Assembly: GCA_051313645.2 (NCBI GenBank)
Contig: JBNRSN020000001.1
Location: 260,896,001 to 260,960,000 of the forward strand
Source: Centroscyllium fabricii
Lineage: Eukaryota
Length of the DNA stretch: 64,000 bases
Reading direction: 5' to 3'
Shown: positions 1 through 12,257 of the stretch, in pieces
Position numbering within the stretch: position 1 is the stretch's first letter
Layout: each line of letters opens with the position of its first letter
Notes under the pieces: generated by a model
What the model was told of the DNA's origin: nothing
Databases searched by the model: none
Seen by the model: the letters and a program-made list of their open reading frames with translations, nothing else
Made by a program: the position numbers and the translations under genes

Positions 1-285
1 ACCCGCTGCCTGTCCGCTCATTCAGTGGAGAATGCTGGTGAATAACCAAACACTTAACAGGAGAACATCCCCATCCTCAACCACCTGAGTGCAAGAGACA
101 AGGCTGAAGTGGCTTCAGCCAAAAGTGTTGAGTGGACAATCCTACTCGGCCTCCTCCCAAAGTCCCCACCATCACAGGTGGCAGTGTCCAGCCAACTCGG
201 TCCACCCTAAGTGACATTAAGAAGGGGCAGAGTGTACTGGACATAGCAAAGGCTATAGACCCTGACAACATCCCGACTACATGCT
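1..285 (+). mobile_element. Degraded internal fragment of a CR1-group LINE (probably same family as 7040-7655)
   Basis: Translates to ...PPPKVPTITGGSVQPTR...DIKK...LDIAKAIDPDNIP, resembling the pre-RT region (K-A-x-G-P-D-x-I-P) of CR1-group ORF2. Confidence 0.55.
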
Positions 286-985
286 CATTGGAATTTAGAA
301 GAATGAGAGGTGATCTTATTGAAACATATAAGATTCTGAGGGGGCTCGACAAGGCAGATGCAGAGAGGATGTTTCCCCTCATGGGGAAATCTAGAACTCG
401 GGGGCATTGTTCCAGAATAAAGCGTCGCCCTTTTAGAACTGAGATGAGGAGGAATTTCTTTTCTCAGAGGGTCATAAATTTGTGGCCCAGAGAGCCGTGG
501 GGGCTGGGTCATTAAATACATTTAAGGTGGAGATAGACAGTGTGACCGAAATAACGACCTCGTGGACGAGTAGTTAGAAGGGTGAAACAATACGGCTTTT
601 ATTCGCTAAATGGTGGACAGGCACCAGCTAGTCGACCGTCCCCAGGAATGGCTGGGGGATGGGAGACGGCCGCTTATATACCTCCTCCTGGGAGGGAGGA
701 GTCGCGGGCGGAGCCAGCATGCGCATGTCCAGGTAATCGCACAGCAGGTTATATACAACATAGATATAAGTACGATTACAGAGATACATAATGGAGTGGG
801 TATATACAATGGAAACAGTGGTTTACCACAGACAGATTTTTGCAAGATAATGGAGTGAAGGATTATGGGGAGCGGGCGGGGAAGTGGCTTTGAGCCCAAG
901 ATCAGCCATGATCTTATTGAATGGCGCAGCAGGCTCGAGGGGCCAAGTGGCCTATTCCTGCTCCTATTTCTTATGTTCTTACAGT
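286..985 (+). mobile_element. CR1 (HER1-like) LINE 3' end, split by a solo LTR
   Basis: SLEFRRMRGDLIETYKILRGLD...RNFFSQRV ORF2 C-terminus; CR1 tail gatcagccatgatcttattgaatggc...cctatttcttatgttctt. Confidence 0.85.
541..830 (-). mobile_element. Solo LTR related to the Gypsy element C LTR
   Basis: TG...CA ends, 5-bp TSD GACAG (536-540, 831-835); reverse complement closely matches LTR 35793-36092. Confidence 0.92.
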
Positions 986-3069
986 GCGCATGTCTGGTTT
1001 ACTAGAGCTAGCTGCTCCCCTAGCCAAGCCATTTAACCCAGCTAATTACCACTCTATCTGCCTCCTCCTAATCAACAGCTAAGCGACAGAACAAGTTATC
1101 GGTAGTGCCATCCAGCGACACCTACTCAGTAATTACCTGCTCACTTCTATAGTTTGATTCAAAATGTGAAATTATAGTAAACTGTCACTCATTAGCTCAA
1201 AGGGTACCATGTGCAGAGTCTATTCCCACGTGCAAGACACATGAGCTGCATCAGGATTAGCTGATAAACATTATTTATAAGCGGCCTACCATACATGGTG
1301 TTTACATAAAAGCTCTCTACAAAATAATGCTTTGGTCTGCCACGACGTTGGCTTATTACAGCATTTGATTGAATATTGTTTTGTCCTGTCACGGGGCAGG
1401 GGGTGAAATTCATCTTCGGTGGGGTTGCAGAATGCGTGGAGGTGAATCTGCCGCCTATTATACATGCCGCCTGATCTTCCTTTCCACAATGGGTTTGTTG
1501 CGCTATTTGGTACTGTAATTTCTTTAAATGTAGATGTTCATAATTCAAGCAAAACAGCATAAATCTAATCAAAGGTTTAGAGAATCAGAAGAAGGTAGTG
1601 AAGAAAATCTATTGAGCCCATCCCACCCTGCATCCTTATTTATCTTTACGTTTAAGACTCGATTCATTATCACTTTCTCCTATCCTGGCACCAAGTCAAT
1701 ATTCTCTAGTCCTGGCCAATGCGCCTCCTCTTCAGAAAATTCTAAAATATATAATTTCATATGAAAAATGTAATTGGAAATTAGGGACCTTTTTAAACCT
1801 GTTAATAGTAACTCCATATTGCCAAGAAAATTGAGCTGCCCTTTCACTGCAGTGCACATATCCAAATGCTACTTTTGGCCTTGACTCACATTGACCATGA
1901 CCCATAACCTACTAGAAATGTGCCGACTAGTTGGGGATAAGACTTTGTTATTTAACAACCTAGCACCTCAAATAATTCTTTCATTTGCAAAGGAGTTTGA
2001 ATGACCTCTTGCCACTGCATGACACAAGATTAGAACTAGTTACAGATTGGAGTTGCTACTAGACACAATGATGTCAATCATAATCAACACCGATTCCGAG
2101 CAAAGATCAGCAGTGACATCGTCAAGCTGCCTAAGCAGCCAATCACATTGCAGAATTCTCACTGGCCGCAAATCAGGAAATAAAAAGCACTGATTCAATA
2201 CACATTTAATTTTTTTTACAGAGAGCAAAATAAAGATTGGGGCATACACATGGGGCTAAGGTAGAAGCTGAAATATCATAATCAAAGTTAAAATTAATTG
2301 AAAAAAAATCAAATAATTTGGTATCATAAGGAGAAATTTGACATTCCACAAATATATTATTAAATATATTTTTCAGGGCCAGAATGATTGTTCAGCAGTC
2401 AATTTACTGTTAAATCTCCTGTTACACCTCTTCCAACAAGGCTTAACTTTTAAGGGGTGTTTAACAGCGTAATTAGATCGAAAAAGCCCAAGTTTTCGTC
2501 AGTTCAACTGATTTCACTGATTGCTGGCTATGAGGAGTTCCACAGTGCAGTCTGTGGCAGAGCAGTGAATGACTGACCACAACTTCAGAGATAAGGAGGG
2601 GTGAGGCCATGGAGGGATTTGAAAACAAGGTTGAAAATTATAAGAAAAATATCAAAGAAAAATCAAATAAATTGATTCATAATAATTGACAACAGAAATA
2701 AATATGTTAAGAATTTGTCACATTTTATTTTCAATTTGCAAAATGGCAGGTGACTATTTGCAACCACAGTCCCACGTTCTTTTTGCAGAAAACCAGTCTC
2801 TCTTTCTCTTAATGCATCTGAGCTGACACTGTACATGTTTTAATGGTACAGTAAAGTAATTATTTTTAAATATTATCGCAGTACATAACAAGAAGTACTG
2901 AGGAAACCACTACGTTTCTCTTATTTCTTTCTTTCCGTTTCTATGGAAAAATGTTCACATTTGCCCAACTTCACCCTATATTCTAGCGGCTTGTCATCAT
3001 CAAAAGTAACCAGCATCATGGAGTTACAATGGCTTTTAGCCATCACAATATATAAAGGGTGTATATTGA

Positions 3070-4020
3070 TCATCCGCTCAAATTCTCAGCTCATCCGCTG
3101 CTGAAACCCTCATCCATGCCTTTGTTACCTCTAGACTTGATTATTCCAACGCACTCCTGGCTGGCCTCCCACATTCCACCCTACATAAACTTGAGGTCAT
3201 CCCAAACTCGGCTGCCCATGTCCTAACTCGTACCAAGTCCCATTCACCCATCTCCCCTGTGCTCGCTGACGCTCCTCTAACTCTGCCCTCTTGAGCAGCG
3301 GTCCCCAACCTTTTTTGGACCATGGACCATTTTGAGCTAGACAATTTTCACGGACCGGGGGGGGGGTGGGGGGGTGTGCTGCCGGAGTTTTTTTCACTGA
3401 GCGGGGGGGTGGGGGGGGGGGGGGGGGAGGGGGGGATGCTGGCGAGGGTTTTTTGACGGACCGGGTCGGGGGGTGCTGCGGTGCGGGCGGCGAACATTCC
3501 TTCTGCGGCTGCGGCCCGCGGTGGAGGGAGCTGGGGTGCGGGCAGCGAACATTCCTGCTGCGGCCCGCGGCGGAGGGAGCTGGGGTGCGGGCGGCGAACA
3601 TTCCTTCTGCGGCTGCGGCCCGCGACGGAGGGAGCTGGGGTGCGGGCGGCGAACATTCCTTCTGCGGCTGCGGCCCGGTAAAAATGTTCCACGGCCCAGT
3701 ACCGGGCCGCGGCCCGGCGGTTGGGGACCCCTGCTCTTGAGCATTTCTGATTATAATCGCTCAACCATTGGTGGTGGTGCCTTCTGTAGCCTAGGCCCTA
3801 AGCTCTGGAATTCCCTGCCTAAACCTCTCCGCCTCGCTACCTCTCTCTCCTCCTTTAAGATGCTCCTTAAAACCTACCTCTTTGTCCAAACTTTTGGTCA
3901 CCTGCCCTAAATTCTCCTTTTGTGGCTCGGTGTCAAATTTTTTGTCTTTTGATACTCCTGTGCAGCGCCATGTGACGTTTTACTATGTTAAAGGTGCTAT
4001 ATAAATACAAGTCGGCGTTG
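3070..4020 (+). mobile_element. L2-clade LINE 3' end, interrupted by a hAT MITE
   Basis: LIHAFVTSRLDYSNALLAGLP motif; ...GGGAFCSLGPKLWNSLP...LKTYLF; tail aaaggtgctatataaatacaag. Confidence 0.8.
3296..3733. mobile_element. Non-autonomous hAT (Charlie/MER1-like) MITE with an internal ~55-nt GC-rich minisatellite
   Basis: TIRs cagcggtccccaacc / ggttggggacccctg (14/15), 8-bp TSD CTCTTGAG (3288-3295, 3734-3741); about 4 tandem units at 3483-3680. Confidence 0.9.
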
Positions 4021-4685
4021 CTGTAAGATTAAGGTTTCCCTGTTTGCATACTGCACCTTACCTCTTAAACTATTGAGAAACACAATTACATGGTTAAAAG
4101 AATTGTAGATTAAATACTCACAGATCTCCACCAGGTTTTGCCAAGTTTCCTTTTTAGGTTACACCACGGATTAGAGAATCTGGAGCTATTCCAGCAGCCA
4201 TTTTGGCACGCCCGTACGATTGCTGGCAAATATTACTGCAGTTGTATTTGCAAGGTTTTCTATGCAGCATCTTGATTTGCGTAGTAGACAACCGGTGCTT
4301 CTTGGGACCGGGCAGCCTTACAGTTCACTTGTTGACTGCAACAAACTCAGATGATGGGTCAGCGCAGAAGATTGATGTTTTGTAGTTGAAACGGTATCAG
4401 TTTTCCGTGTGATGTAGCATTTTGCACCAGCGCTCTCTGAAAAACAAAGTCATTAAATTCCCAGTGGAATTACCTTTCTCGAAGCAATGAGAATGGCATG
4501 ATTGGGCCTTCCCAGCTGTGTACGAGTACATCATTACATTTCCCCTGGTTACGCCCACAATATTGCACACAGTACCAAACATCACTAATGATCATTAAGG
4601 GAGCACTGGTTGCTTACGTTAAAGCTGCATAATATATATTGATCATCAAACTTCCTACCCCATGAAAAGTTCTCAATGACATTGT

Positions 4686-5090
4686 GGTGGCACAGTGGCA
4701 CAGTGGTTAGCACTGTTGTCTCACAGCACTGGAGACCCGGGTTCAAATCCAGCCTCGGGTACTATCTGCGTGGAGTTTGCAGATTCTCCCCGTGTCTGTG
4801 TGGGTTTCCTCCGGGTGCTCCGGTTTCCTCCCACAGTCCAAAGATGTGCGGGTTAGGTTGATTGGCCAGGATAAATTGACCCTTAGTGTTAGGGGGATTA
4901 AATGTGTGGGGTTACGGGGATAGGGTGGGATATGTGTCACTGCAGGCTCGATAGGGATGGGGGATGCTGGGAGAGTGCAGAGGCGGGGTGCTGGGTTTGG
5001 ATGATCAGGCATGATCTCATTGAATGGTGGAGCAGGCTCGAAGGGCCGAATGGCCTACTCCTGCTCCTATCTTCTATGCTTTTCTATGTT
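4686..5090 (+). mobile_element. HE1-type V-SINE
   Basis: tRNA-like head (tggcacagtgg A box, ggttcaaatcc B box), V-domain gtggagtttgca...cccacagtccaaagatgtgc, CR1-derived tail. Confidence 0.9.
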
Positions 5091-5211
5091 TAACTCGCCA
5101 TTTGTACAAACTGGCAGATGCTTTTTTGGCACTTATGTTAGAATTAAAAAAACCTGAAAACTAAATTGAGTTGCACCATCCAATTTACAGTATAATTTAT
5201 GGAGAATAGTG

Positions 5212-5797
5212 CTATCCATGCCTTTGTTAGCTCTAAACTTAACTATTCCAACGCACTCCTGGCTGGCCTTCCACTTTCTACCCTACGTAAACTTGAAGTC
5301 ATTTAAAACTCGGCTGCCCGTGTTCTAACTCGCACCAAGTCCCGTTCACCCATCGCCCCTGTGCTAGCGGACCTACATTGGCTCCTGGTTAAGCAACGCA
5401 GTGATTTTAAAATCCTCATCTCTGTTTTCAGATCCCTCCGTGGCCTCGCCCCCTCCCTATCTCTGTAATCTCCTCCAACCCCACAACTCCCTCCGAGATA
5501 TCAGCACTTCTCTAATTCCAGCCTCTTGAGCATCCCTGATTTCAATCGCTGCACCATTGGCGGCGTGCCTTCAGCTGCCAAGGCCTTAAGCGCTGGAATT
5601 CCCTCCCTGAACCTCTCGGCCTCTCTACCTCTCTTTCCTCCATTTATGATGCTCATTAAAACCCACCCATTTGGCAAAGCTTTTAATCACCTGCCCTAAT
5701 ATCTCCTTATGTGGCTTGGTGTCAAACTTCATTTGATAACACTCCTGTGAATCGCCTTGGGACGTTAAAGGTGCTATATAAATACAAGTTGTTGTTG
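5212..5797 (+). mobile_element. L2-clade LINE 3' end
   Basis: Homologous to 3070-4020 (IHAFVSSKLNYSNALLAGLP; same 3' tail). Confidence 0.8.
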
Positions 5798-6369
5798 CTA
5801 CTGTGACTGGTTATGTGACAGAAACCTCATATTGAGATTATGGCCTACGAATCACTCCCATAAATTAAATATACACTGTAGATTTGTTAGGGGTATTTAT
5901 ATTTTGTTTTCCCTCTTTGCTTTTTGTGTAGCACGCATTGTGATGGGCATTGATGAGCAGGATTCCCTGCATAGTCATATCGTTACCGAACAATTAATGA
6001 TTGTGATTTATTAATTGCAAGTTTATCAAATGATAAGCTGCAGTTGATCAGCAGGTCACAGCACAGTCATAAATCATTGTATATCAGTAGCAGGTATCCC
6101 ACATGGCATTGCTCACGGTGAGTTAGAAAGTGCGATAAAGTGTCACATCTGAAGTGTGCCAGGAAGTAAATGTAACACTTACAGGAAGTGCTTGTTTTAC
6201 TGCACTATCGGTACTAAAAATACATTATGGAAATGTCAAGGTAAAAATCTAATCTTGGGGATCAAATAACTGCCCTAGTGATTGGGACAGTACAGTTGGT
6301 TTTGGTTTCCACAGTTGGGGAAGGTGGAAAATCAATAATGGTTCTATATGTCTCTATAGGGTATTGAAT

Positions 6370-6820
6370 TTGGATGATCAGCCATGATCTCATTGAATGG
6401 CGGAGCAGGCTCGAGGGGCCGAATGGCCTACTCCTGCTCCTATCTTCTTCTATGTGTCTATATTCTCAATCATAAGAACACAAGAAATAGAAGCAGGAAT
6501 AGGCCACTTGGCCCCTTGAGCCTGCTCTGCCATTCAATAAGATCATGGCTGATCTTGGGCTCAAAGCCACTTCCCTGCCCGCTCCCCATAACTCTTCACT
6601 CCCTTATCTTGCAAAAGTCTGTCTATCTCCAACTTAAATGTTTTTAATGACCCAGCCTCCACAGCTCTCTGGGGCAGAGAATTCCACAGATTTACGAATC
6701 TCTGAGAGAAGAAATTCCTCCTCATCTCAGTTTTAAAAGGGCAACCCTTTATTCTGAAACTAAGACCCCGAGTTCTAGATTTCCCCAACATGGGAAACAT
6801 CCTCTCTGCACCTACCCTGT
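6370..6820. mobile_element. Two CR1 3' ends, tail-to-tail (6370-6460 +, 6470-6820 -)
   Basis: CR1 tail motif on both strands; minus ORF MFPMLGKSRTRG...RNFFSQRFVNLWNSLP. Confidence 0.8.
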
Positions 6821-7039
6821 CTTAATCACTATCCAACAACCCTGCCGGAAAATATGCCAGTATGGACATTGGGTGAAGACAGTGTTGCTCATCTCCCGCC
6901 ATGGTTAGACAACCTGCCAACAGTCACTGTTCAGGTACACACGTGAAGGATGGTCACTTAGATGAGATACTTGTGGGCTCCTGGCACCCATTGCGTAAGT
7001 CATCACCTTTTTTTAAAATCCATTGATGGGATCTGGGCG

Positions 7040-7655
7040 TCGCTGGCTGGCTAGGCCTACATTTAGTGCCCATCCCTAATTGCCCTTGAGAAGATGGTGG
7101 TGAGCCACCTTCTTGAACCGCTGCAGTCCATATGGTGTAGGTACACCCACAATGTTGTTAGGAAGGGAGTTCCAGGATTTTGGCCCAGCGACAGTGAAGG
7201 AGCGGCGATACAGGTCCAAGTCAGGATGGTGTGTGGCTTGGAGGGGAACTTGTAGGTGGTGCTGTTCCCATGCGTCTGCTGCCCTTGTCCTTCTAAGTGG
7301 TAGAGGTCGCGGGTTTGGAAGGTGCTGTTGAAGGAGCTTTGGCGAGTTGCTGCAGTGCATCTTGTAGATGGTACACACTGCAGCCACAGTGCGCCGGTGG
7401 TGGAGGGAGTGAATGTTGAAGGTGGTGGATGGAGTGCCAATCAAGCGGCCTGCTTTATCCTGAATGGTGTCGAGCTTCTTGAGTGTTGTTGGAGCTGCAC
7501 TCATCCAGGCAAGTGGAGAGTATTCCATCACACTCCTGACATATGCCTTGTAGATGGTGGAAAGGCTTTGGGGAGTCAGGAGGTGATACGCTCGCCGCAG
7601 AATTCCCAGCCTCTGGCCTGCTCTTGTAGCCACAGTATTTATATGGCTGGTCCAG
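7040..7655 (-). mobile_element. CR1-group (L2B/Crack-like) LINE ORF2 3' end
   Basis: ORF 7076-7672: WTSHINTVATRAGQRLGILRR...IYKAYVRSVMEYSPLAW...WNSLP. Confidence 0.75.
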
Positions 7656-8045
7656 TTACATGGGGGCCCCACAAGGCTGTGTGCTGAGCCCCCTCCTCTA
7701 CTCGCTCTTCACCCGCGTCTGTGCGGCTGTCCGCGGCTCCAACACGATCAAGTTTGCGGACGACACCACGGTAGTTGGCCAGATTGTGCTAATTGTGTAA
7801 ATACCACTGTAAATAGTTGATGGCACCTTGGTATTGTATTGTAGGCCAGGTCAGCCACACCCCTAACTCCTCCCCTCAGGTCGGAGCATATAGGTGAGGG
7901 CTGCCCTGCCCCCGCTCATTCTTCTCCTTGAACTCATCAGGAGACCAGCTCCATTGTTAGTTAATAAAAGCCTGTAGTTTAGGTAACTACTCGTCTTTGC
8001 GTTTTAATTGACGATACATCAATGTTATTAACTAAATTTTAAAAC

Positions 8046-11000
8046 ATGGAGAGTAACGCAGTGAAACCGGATCGCCTCCACATAAATCCTCAGGCACCCG
8101 ATGCTGCTAACGACTTCGAACACTGGTTTAGCGTGGTTGAGGCCTACATGAAGGCCGTAAAGGCTACGAGTGATGAGGACAAACTCCAGGTACTCTCATC
8201 ACGGATCAGCGGCCGGGTGTACTCTTTTATCCGCGGCCTCAAGACTTACTAGGAAGCGGCCAAGAAATTAAAGGACTGCTACATGTGCCCGGCCCATGTG
8301 GTCTATGCCAGGCATGTTCTGGCGACCAGAAGACAACGACTCGGTGAGTCAAATGAACAGTTTCTACTAGTGCTCCAAGCCCTCGCACGGGCCTGCGACT
8401 GCCAGGCAAGGACAGCGGAGGAAGAGGCGAATCTCCCAATCCGAGATGCCTATGTGGCTGGACTCAGGTCCAGCCAGGCCCGCCAGCGGCTGGTGGAGCA
8501 GGACACACTGTCGCTTGAGTCCGCGATAACGGTTTCTAATGCGGTGGACGGAGCGCTTCGAAAACTGGAGGCGTACGGAGATCACGGCTCCCACTGTACC
8601 CCTGACCCCTGGGTGACACAGCGACAGGCCGAGACCCCCACGATGGCAGCGGCGACTGCGAAGACACCGGCGGGGCACAGATGCTACTTCTGCGGCCAAG
8701 GAAAGCACCCGCGGGCGCAGTGCCCTGTGAAGAATGCGACCTGCGCGCGGTGCGCGAAGAAGGGGCACTACGCGAAGGTGTGCAAATCCAGCCCAGCCTC
8801 CACCTCCAGACCCAACAGCGCGGCCTGCGAGAACAGCGATGCCACTCCATGGCTCCAGGTACGGTGTTGCAGCACGACCCAGCAGCGGTCAGCCGGTGGT
8901 AAATCGCGAGCGCCTCAATCCCCTTTAACTGTACGGCGGAGGCCGGCCGCGCGCGCGGCACAGGTGCTGCCACCTCAAACGCGACCGCGACCGGCCATGT
9001 GCGACCCCCTGGTGCCGCCATCTTGTTCACCGTGTTCGGCCGCGTGCGAACCACGGGCGCCGCCATCTTATCCACAGCGGTCGGCCATGTGCGACCCGCC
9101 GCCGCCGCCATCTTGTCCACCGCTGTCGGCCGCATGCGAACCACGGGCGCCGCCATCTTATCCATAGCGGTCGGCCATGTGCGAGCCCCCGGCGCCGCCA
9201 TCTTGTCCACCGCGGTCGGCCGCGTGCGAACCACGGGCGCCGCCATCTTATCCACAGCGGTCGGCCACATGCGAACCACAGGCGCCGCCATCTTATCCAC
9301 CGGTCGGCCGCGTGCGAACCACGGGCGCCCCGCCATCTTCTCCACAGCAGTCGGACACGTGCGCATTGCCAGCGCTGCCATCTTCTGAGCGGCCATCTTG
9401 CCAACTGCCCCGGCCGGGGCCCCAGCAAGCGGAGGGCCCCCACTCACACACATACACTTCGGCCTCAGCCACCGTCGATCAGGCTAGGCCGCACACCTTG
9501 TCCAACTCCATGATGGGGATTAAGGTGGACGGGCACGCCACTAGCTGCCTGTTCGACACCGGTAGCACAGAGAGCTTTATACATCCCGACACAGTGCGGC
9601 GCTACGCACTGCAGACCCAGCCCACGCACTACCAAGTCTCCCTTGCCTCAAAGTCCCACACGGCGGACGTCACCGGCTACTGCAGCGTCACGCTCACGAT
9701 CAGGGACCGCATTTACCGCAACTTTTAAGTTGTACATACTCCAGCAGCTGTGCGCCCCAGTCTTACAGGGACTGGATTTCCAGTGTCACCTGAAGAGCGT
9801 GACGATGGATTTCGGTTGAACCCTGGCCCCCCTCACCGTCAGTAGCCGGGACAATCGCAACTTAACACGGAGCTCGACTTGCGGCCTGTCCACATTAAAA
9901 GTCGACCCCCCCTCACTGTTCACCAATCTCGACCCTAAATGCAAGCTCATTGCTACCAAAAGTCGGCGTTACAGTGCAGGGGACCGGGCGTTCATCAGGT
10001 CAGAGGTCGAGCGCATGCTGAAAGAAGGGATAATTGAGGCCAACACCAGCCCCGGGCGGGCCCAGGTCATGGTGGTTAAGACGGGCGAGAAACTGCGCAT
10101 GGTCATCGACTATAGCCAGACGATTAACCGCTACACCGGGCTCGACGCCTACGCCCTCCCCCGCATCTCGGATATGGTAAACTAGATCGCCCAGTACAAG
10201 GTCTTTTCCACAATCGACCTCAAGTCGGCGTATCACCAACTCCCCATGCGGAAATCCGACCGCCAGTACACCGCCTTCGAGGCGAACGGCCGGCTCTACC
10301 ACTTTCTCCGGGTCCCCTTCGGTGTGACCAACGGGGTGTCGGTGTTCCAGAGGGAGATGGACCGCATGGTTGACCAGAACGGGTTGCAGGCCACCTTCCC
10401 CTACTTGGACAACGTGACCATCTGCGGCCATGACCAGCAGGACCACGATGCCAACCTCGCCAAATTCCTGCACATGGTGAAACGGCTGGACCTAACATAC
10501 AATAAAGACAAGTGTGTCTTTAGTACGGATTGGCTCGCTATCCTCGGATACGTGGTGGAAAACGGAGTCCTCGGCCCCTACCCACAGCATATGCACCCCT
10601 TGCAAGAGCTGCCCTTACCTCACAACCCCAAAGCCCTGAGGAGATGTCTAGGGTTCTTTTCTTATTACGCGCAATGGGTCCCCCAGTACGCGGATAAGGC
10701 CAGACCTCTCCTCAAGGCCGACGTCTTCCCCCTCTCGGAAGAAGCCCAAACGGCATTCGCTCGGATCAAGGAAGACATCATCAAGGCGACCATGCACGTC
10801 GTTGATGAGTCCATTCCCTTCCAGGTGGAGAGTGACGCTTCGGACTTTGCCCTTGCCGCCACCCTGAACCAGGCAGGCAGGCCCATAGCGTTTTTCTCCC
10901 GGACCCTACAGGGACCCAAAACTCGCCACTCAGCGGTGGAAAAGGAGGCCCAGGCCATCGTGGAGGCAGTGCACTACTGGCGTCATTACCTGGCCGGTAA

Positions 11001-12257
11001 GCGTTTTACCCTGCTCACCGACCAGCGGTCGGTGGCGTTTATGTTTAATAATAAACAACGGGGTAAGATCAAGAATGATAAGATCCTTCGGTGGCGGATC
11101 GAACTCTTGACTTACGAGTACGACATTCTTTACCGCCCAGGCAAGCTCAACGAACCCCCGGACGCACTGTCCAGGGGAACGTGCGCCAGCGCCCAGCTTG
11201 ACCGGCTGAAGGCCCTCCATGATCGCCTCTGCCACCCGGGTGTCACCAGACTCGCCCACTTCGTCAAATCCCTTAGCCTCCCCCTACTCCATCACGGAGA
11301 TAAAGGCTATGACCAAAGAGTGCCCTGTCTGTGCCGAGTGCAAACCCCAATTCTACAGGCCAGACACCGCACGTCATCAAGGCCACCCACCTCTTTGAAC
11401 GCTTGAGCGTGGACTTCAAAGGCCCCCTCCCCTCCACTGACCGCAAATCGTATTTCCTTACGGTCATAGACGAGTTCTTACGCTTCCCCTTTGCCTTCCC
11501 CTGCCCAGACATGACGAGCGCAACGGTAATCAAACACTTCACCATGCTGTTCGCCATTTTCGGTCTCCCCAGCTAAATCCATAGCGACCGGGGGTCGTCG
11601 TTGATGAGCGACGAATTGCGTCAGTTCCTGCTTCAGAAAGGGGTTGCCTCAAGCAGAACGACCAGTTACAACCCCCAGGGGAACGGCCAGGTAGAAAGGG
11701 AGAACTGGACCATCTGGAAGGCGGTCAACCTGGGCCTGAAGTCCAGAGGCCTTCCAGTTTCCCGTTGGCAGGAGGTCCTCCCAGACGCGCTCCATGCCAT
11801 CCGCTCTCTGTTGTGTACCGCCACTAACTCCACACCTCATGACCTGTTGTTTTCCTTCCCCAGGAAGTCGACTTCGGGGACAGCACTCCCGCTGTGGCTC
11901 ACAGCGCAGGGGTCAGTATTACTTAGAAAGCACGTCCGCGGCCACAAGACCGACCCCCTGGTGGAACGGGTGCACCTGCTCCACGCCAACCCGCAATATG
12001 CTTACGTGGCATTCCCGGACGGGCGCGAGGATACAGTCTCGATCATGGACCTGGCGCCCGCCGGGAGCACTGGGGCAGAACCCCCGGTCGAGCCTCAGCC
12101 CGACCAGCCACCACCCACCGAATACTGGCCCCCATATATACACACACCCTCAACACCACCGATCGACGACCCGGGATCGGACACCGTACCGCTGGCACCG
12201 TTGGCGGAGAGCTCGATCCCGGCCCTGCGACTGGCACCACCATTGCCGGCACCCTAG
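8046..12257 (+). pseudogene. gag-pol of element A (several stops and frameshifts)
   Basis: CYFCGQGKHPRAQC and CARCAKKGHYAKVC knuckles, LFDTGS protease, RT YLDN (10402-10413), RNase H ESDAS/EKEA/TDQR, integrase HHCC and VDF..SDRG..QVE. Confidence 0.92.
8990..9400 (+). repeat. 45-nt (15-codon) tandem repeat in the Gag-PR linker of element A
   Basis: GCCATCTT recurs at 9017, 9062, 9107, 9152, 9197, 9242, 9287, 9332, 9377 (exact 45-nt period) and 9392; alternating 90-nt higher-order unit. Confidence 0.92.

Noticed and set aside
1192-1865. Minus-strand ORFs and a possible acceptor near 1742 as host exons
   Set aside because: No recognisable protein similarity and no consistent exon chain
3197-3910. 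Overlapping Pro/Arg/Gly-rich ORFs
   Set aside because: Artefacts of the GC-rich minisatellite in a MITE
4050-4590. Several minus-strand donor-like sites (about 4061, 4122, 4474) in unique sequence
   Set aside because: Candidate exons translate to nothing I recognise; cannot be supported without RNA data
4686-4760. tRNA genes
   Set aside because: A/B boxes are SINE heads continuing into V-domain and LINE tails; no cloverleaf
8990-9400. Regularly spaced repeats resembling a CRISPR array
   Set aside because: No unique spacers; units are contiguous, in-frame coding repeats inside a eukaryotic Gypsy gag-pol, and no cas genes are present
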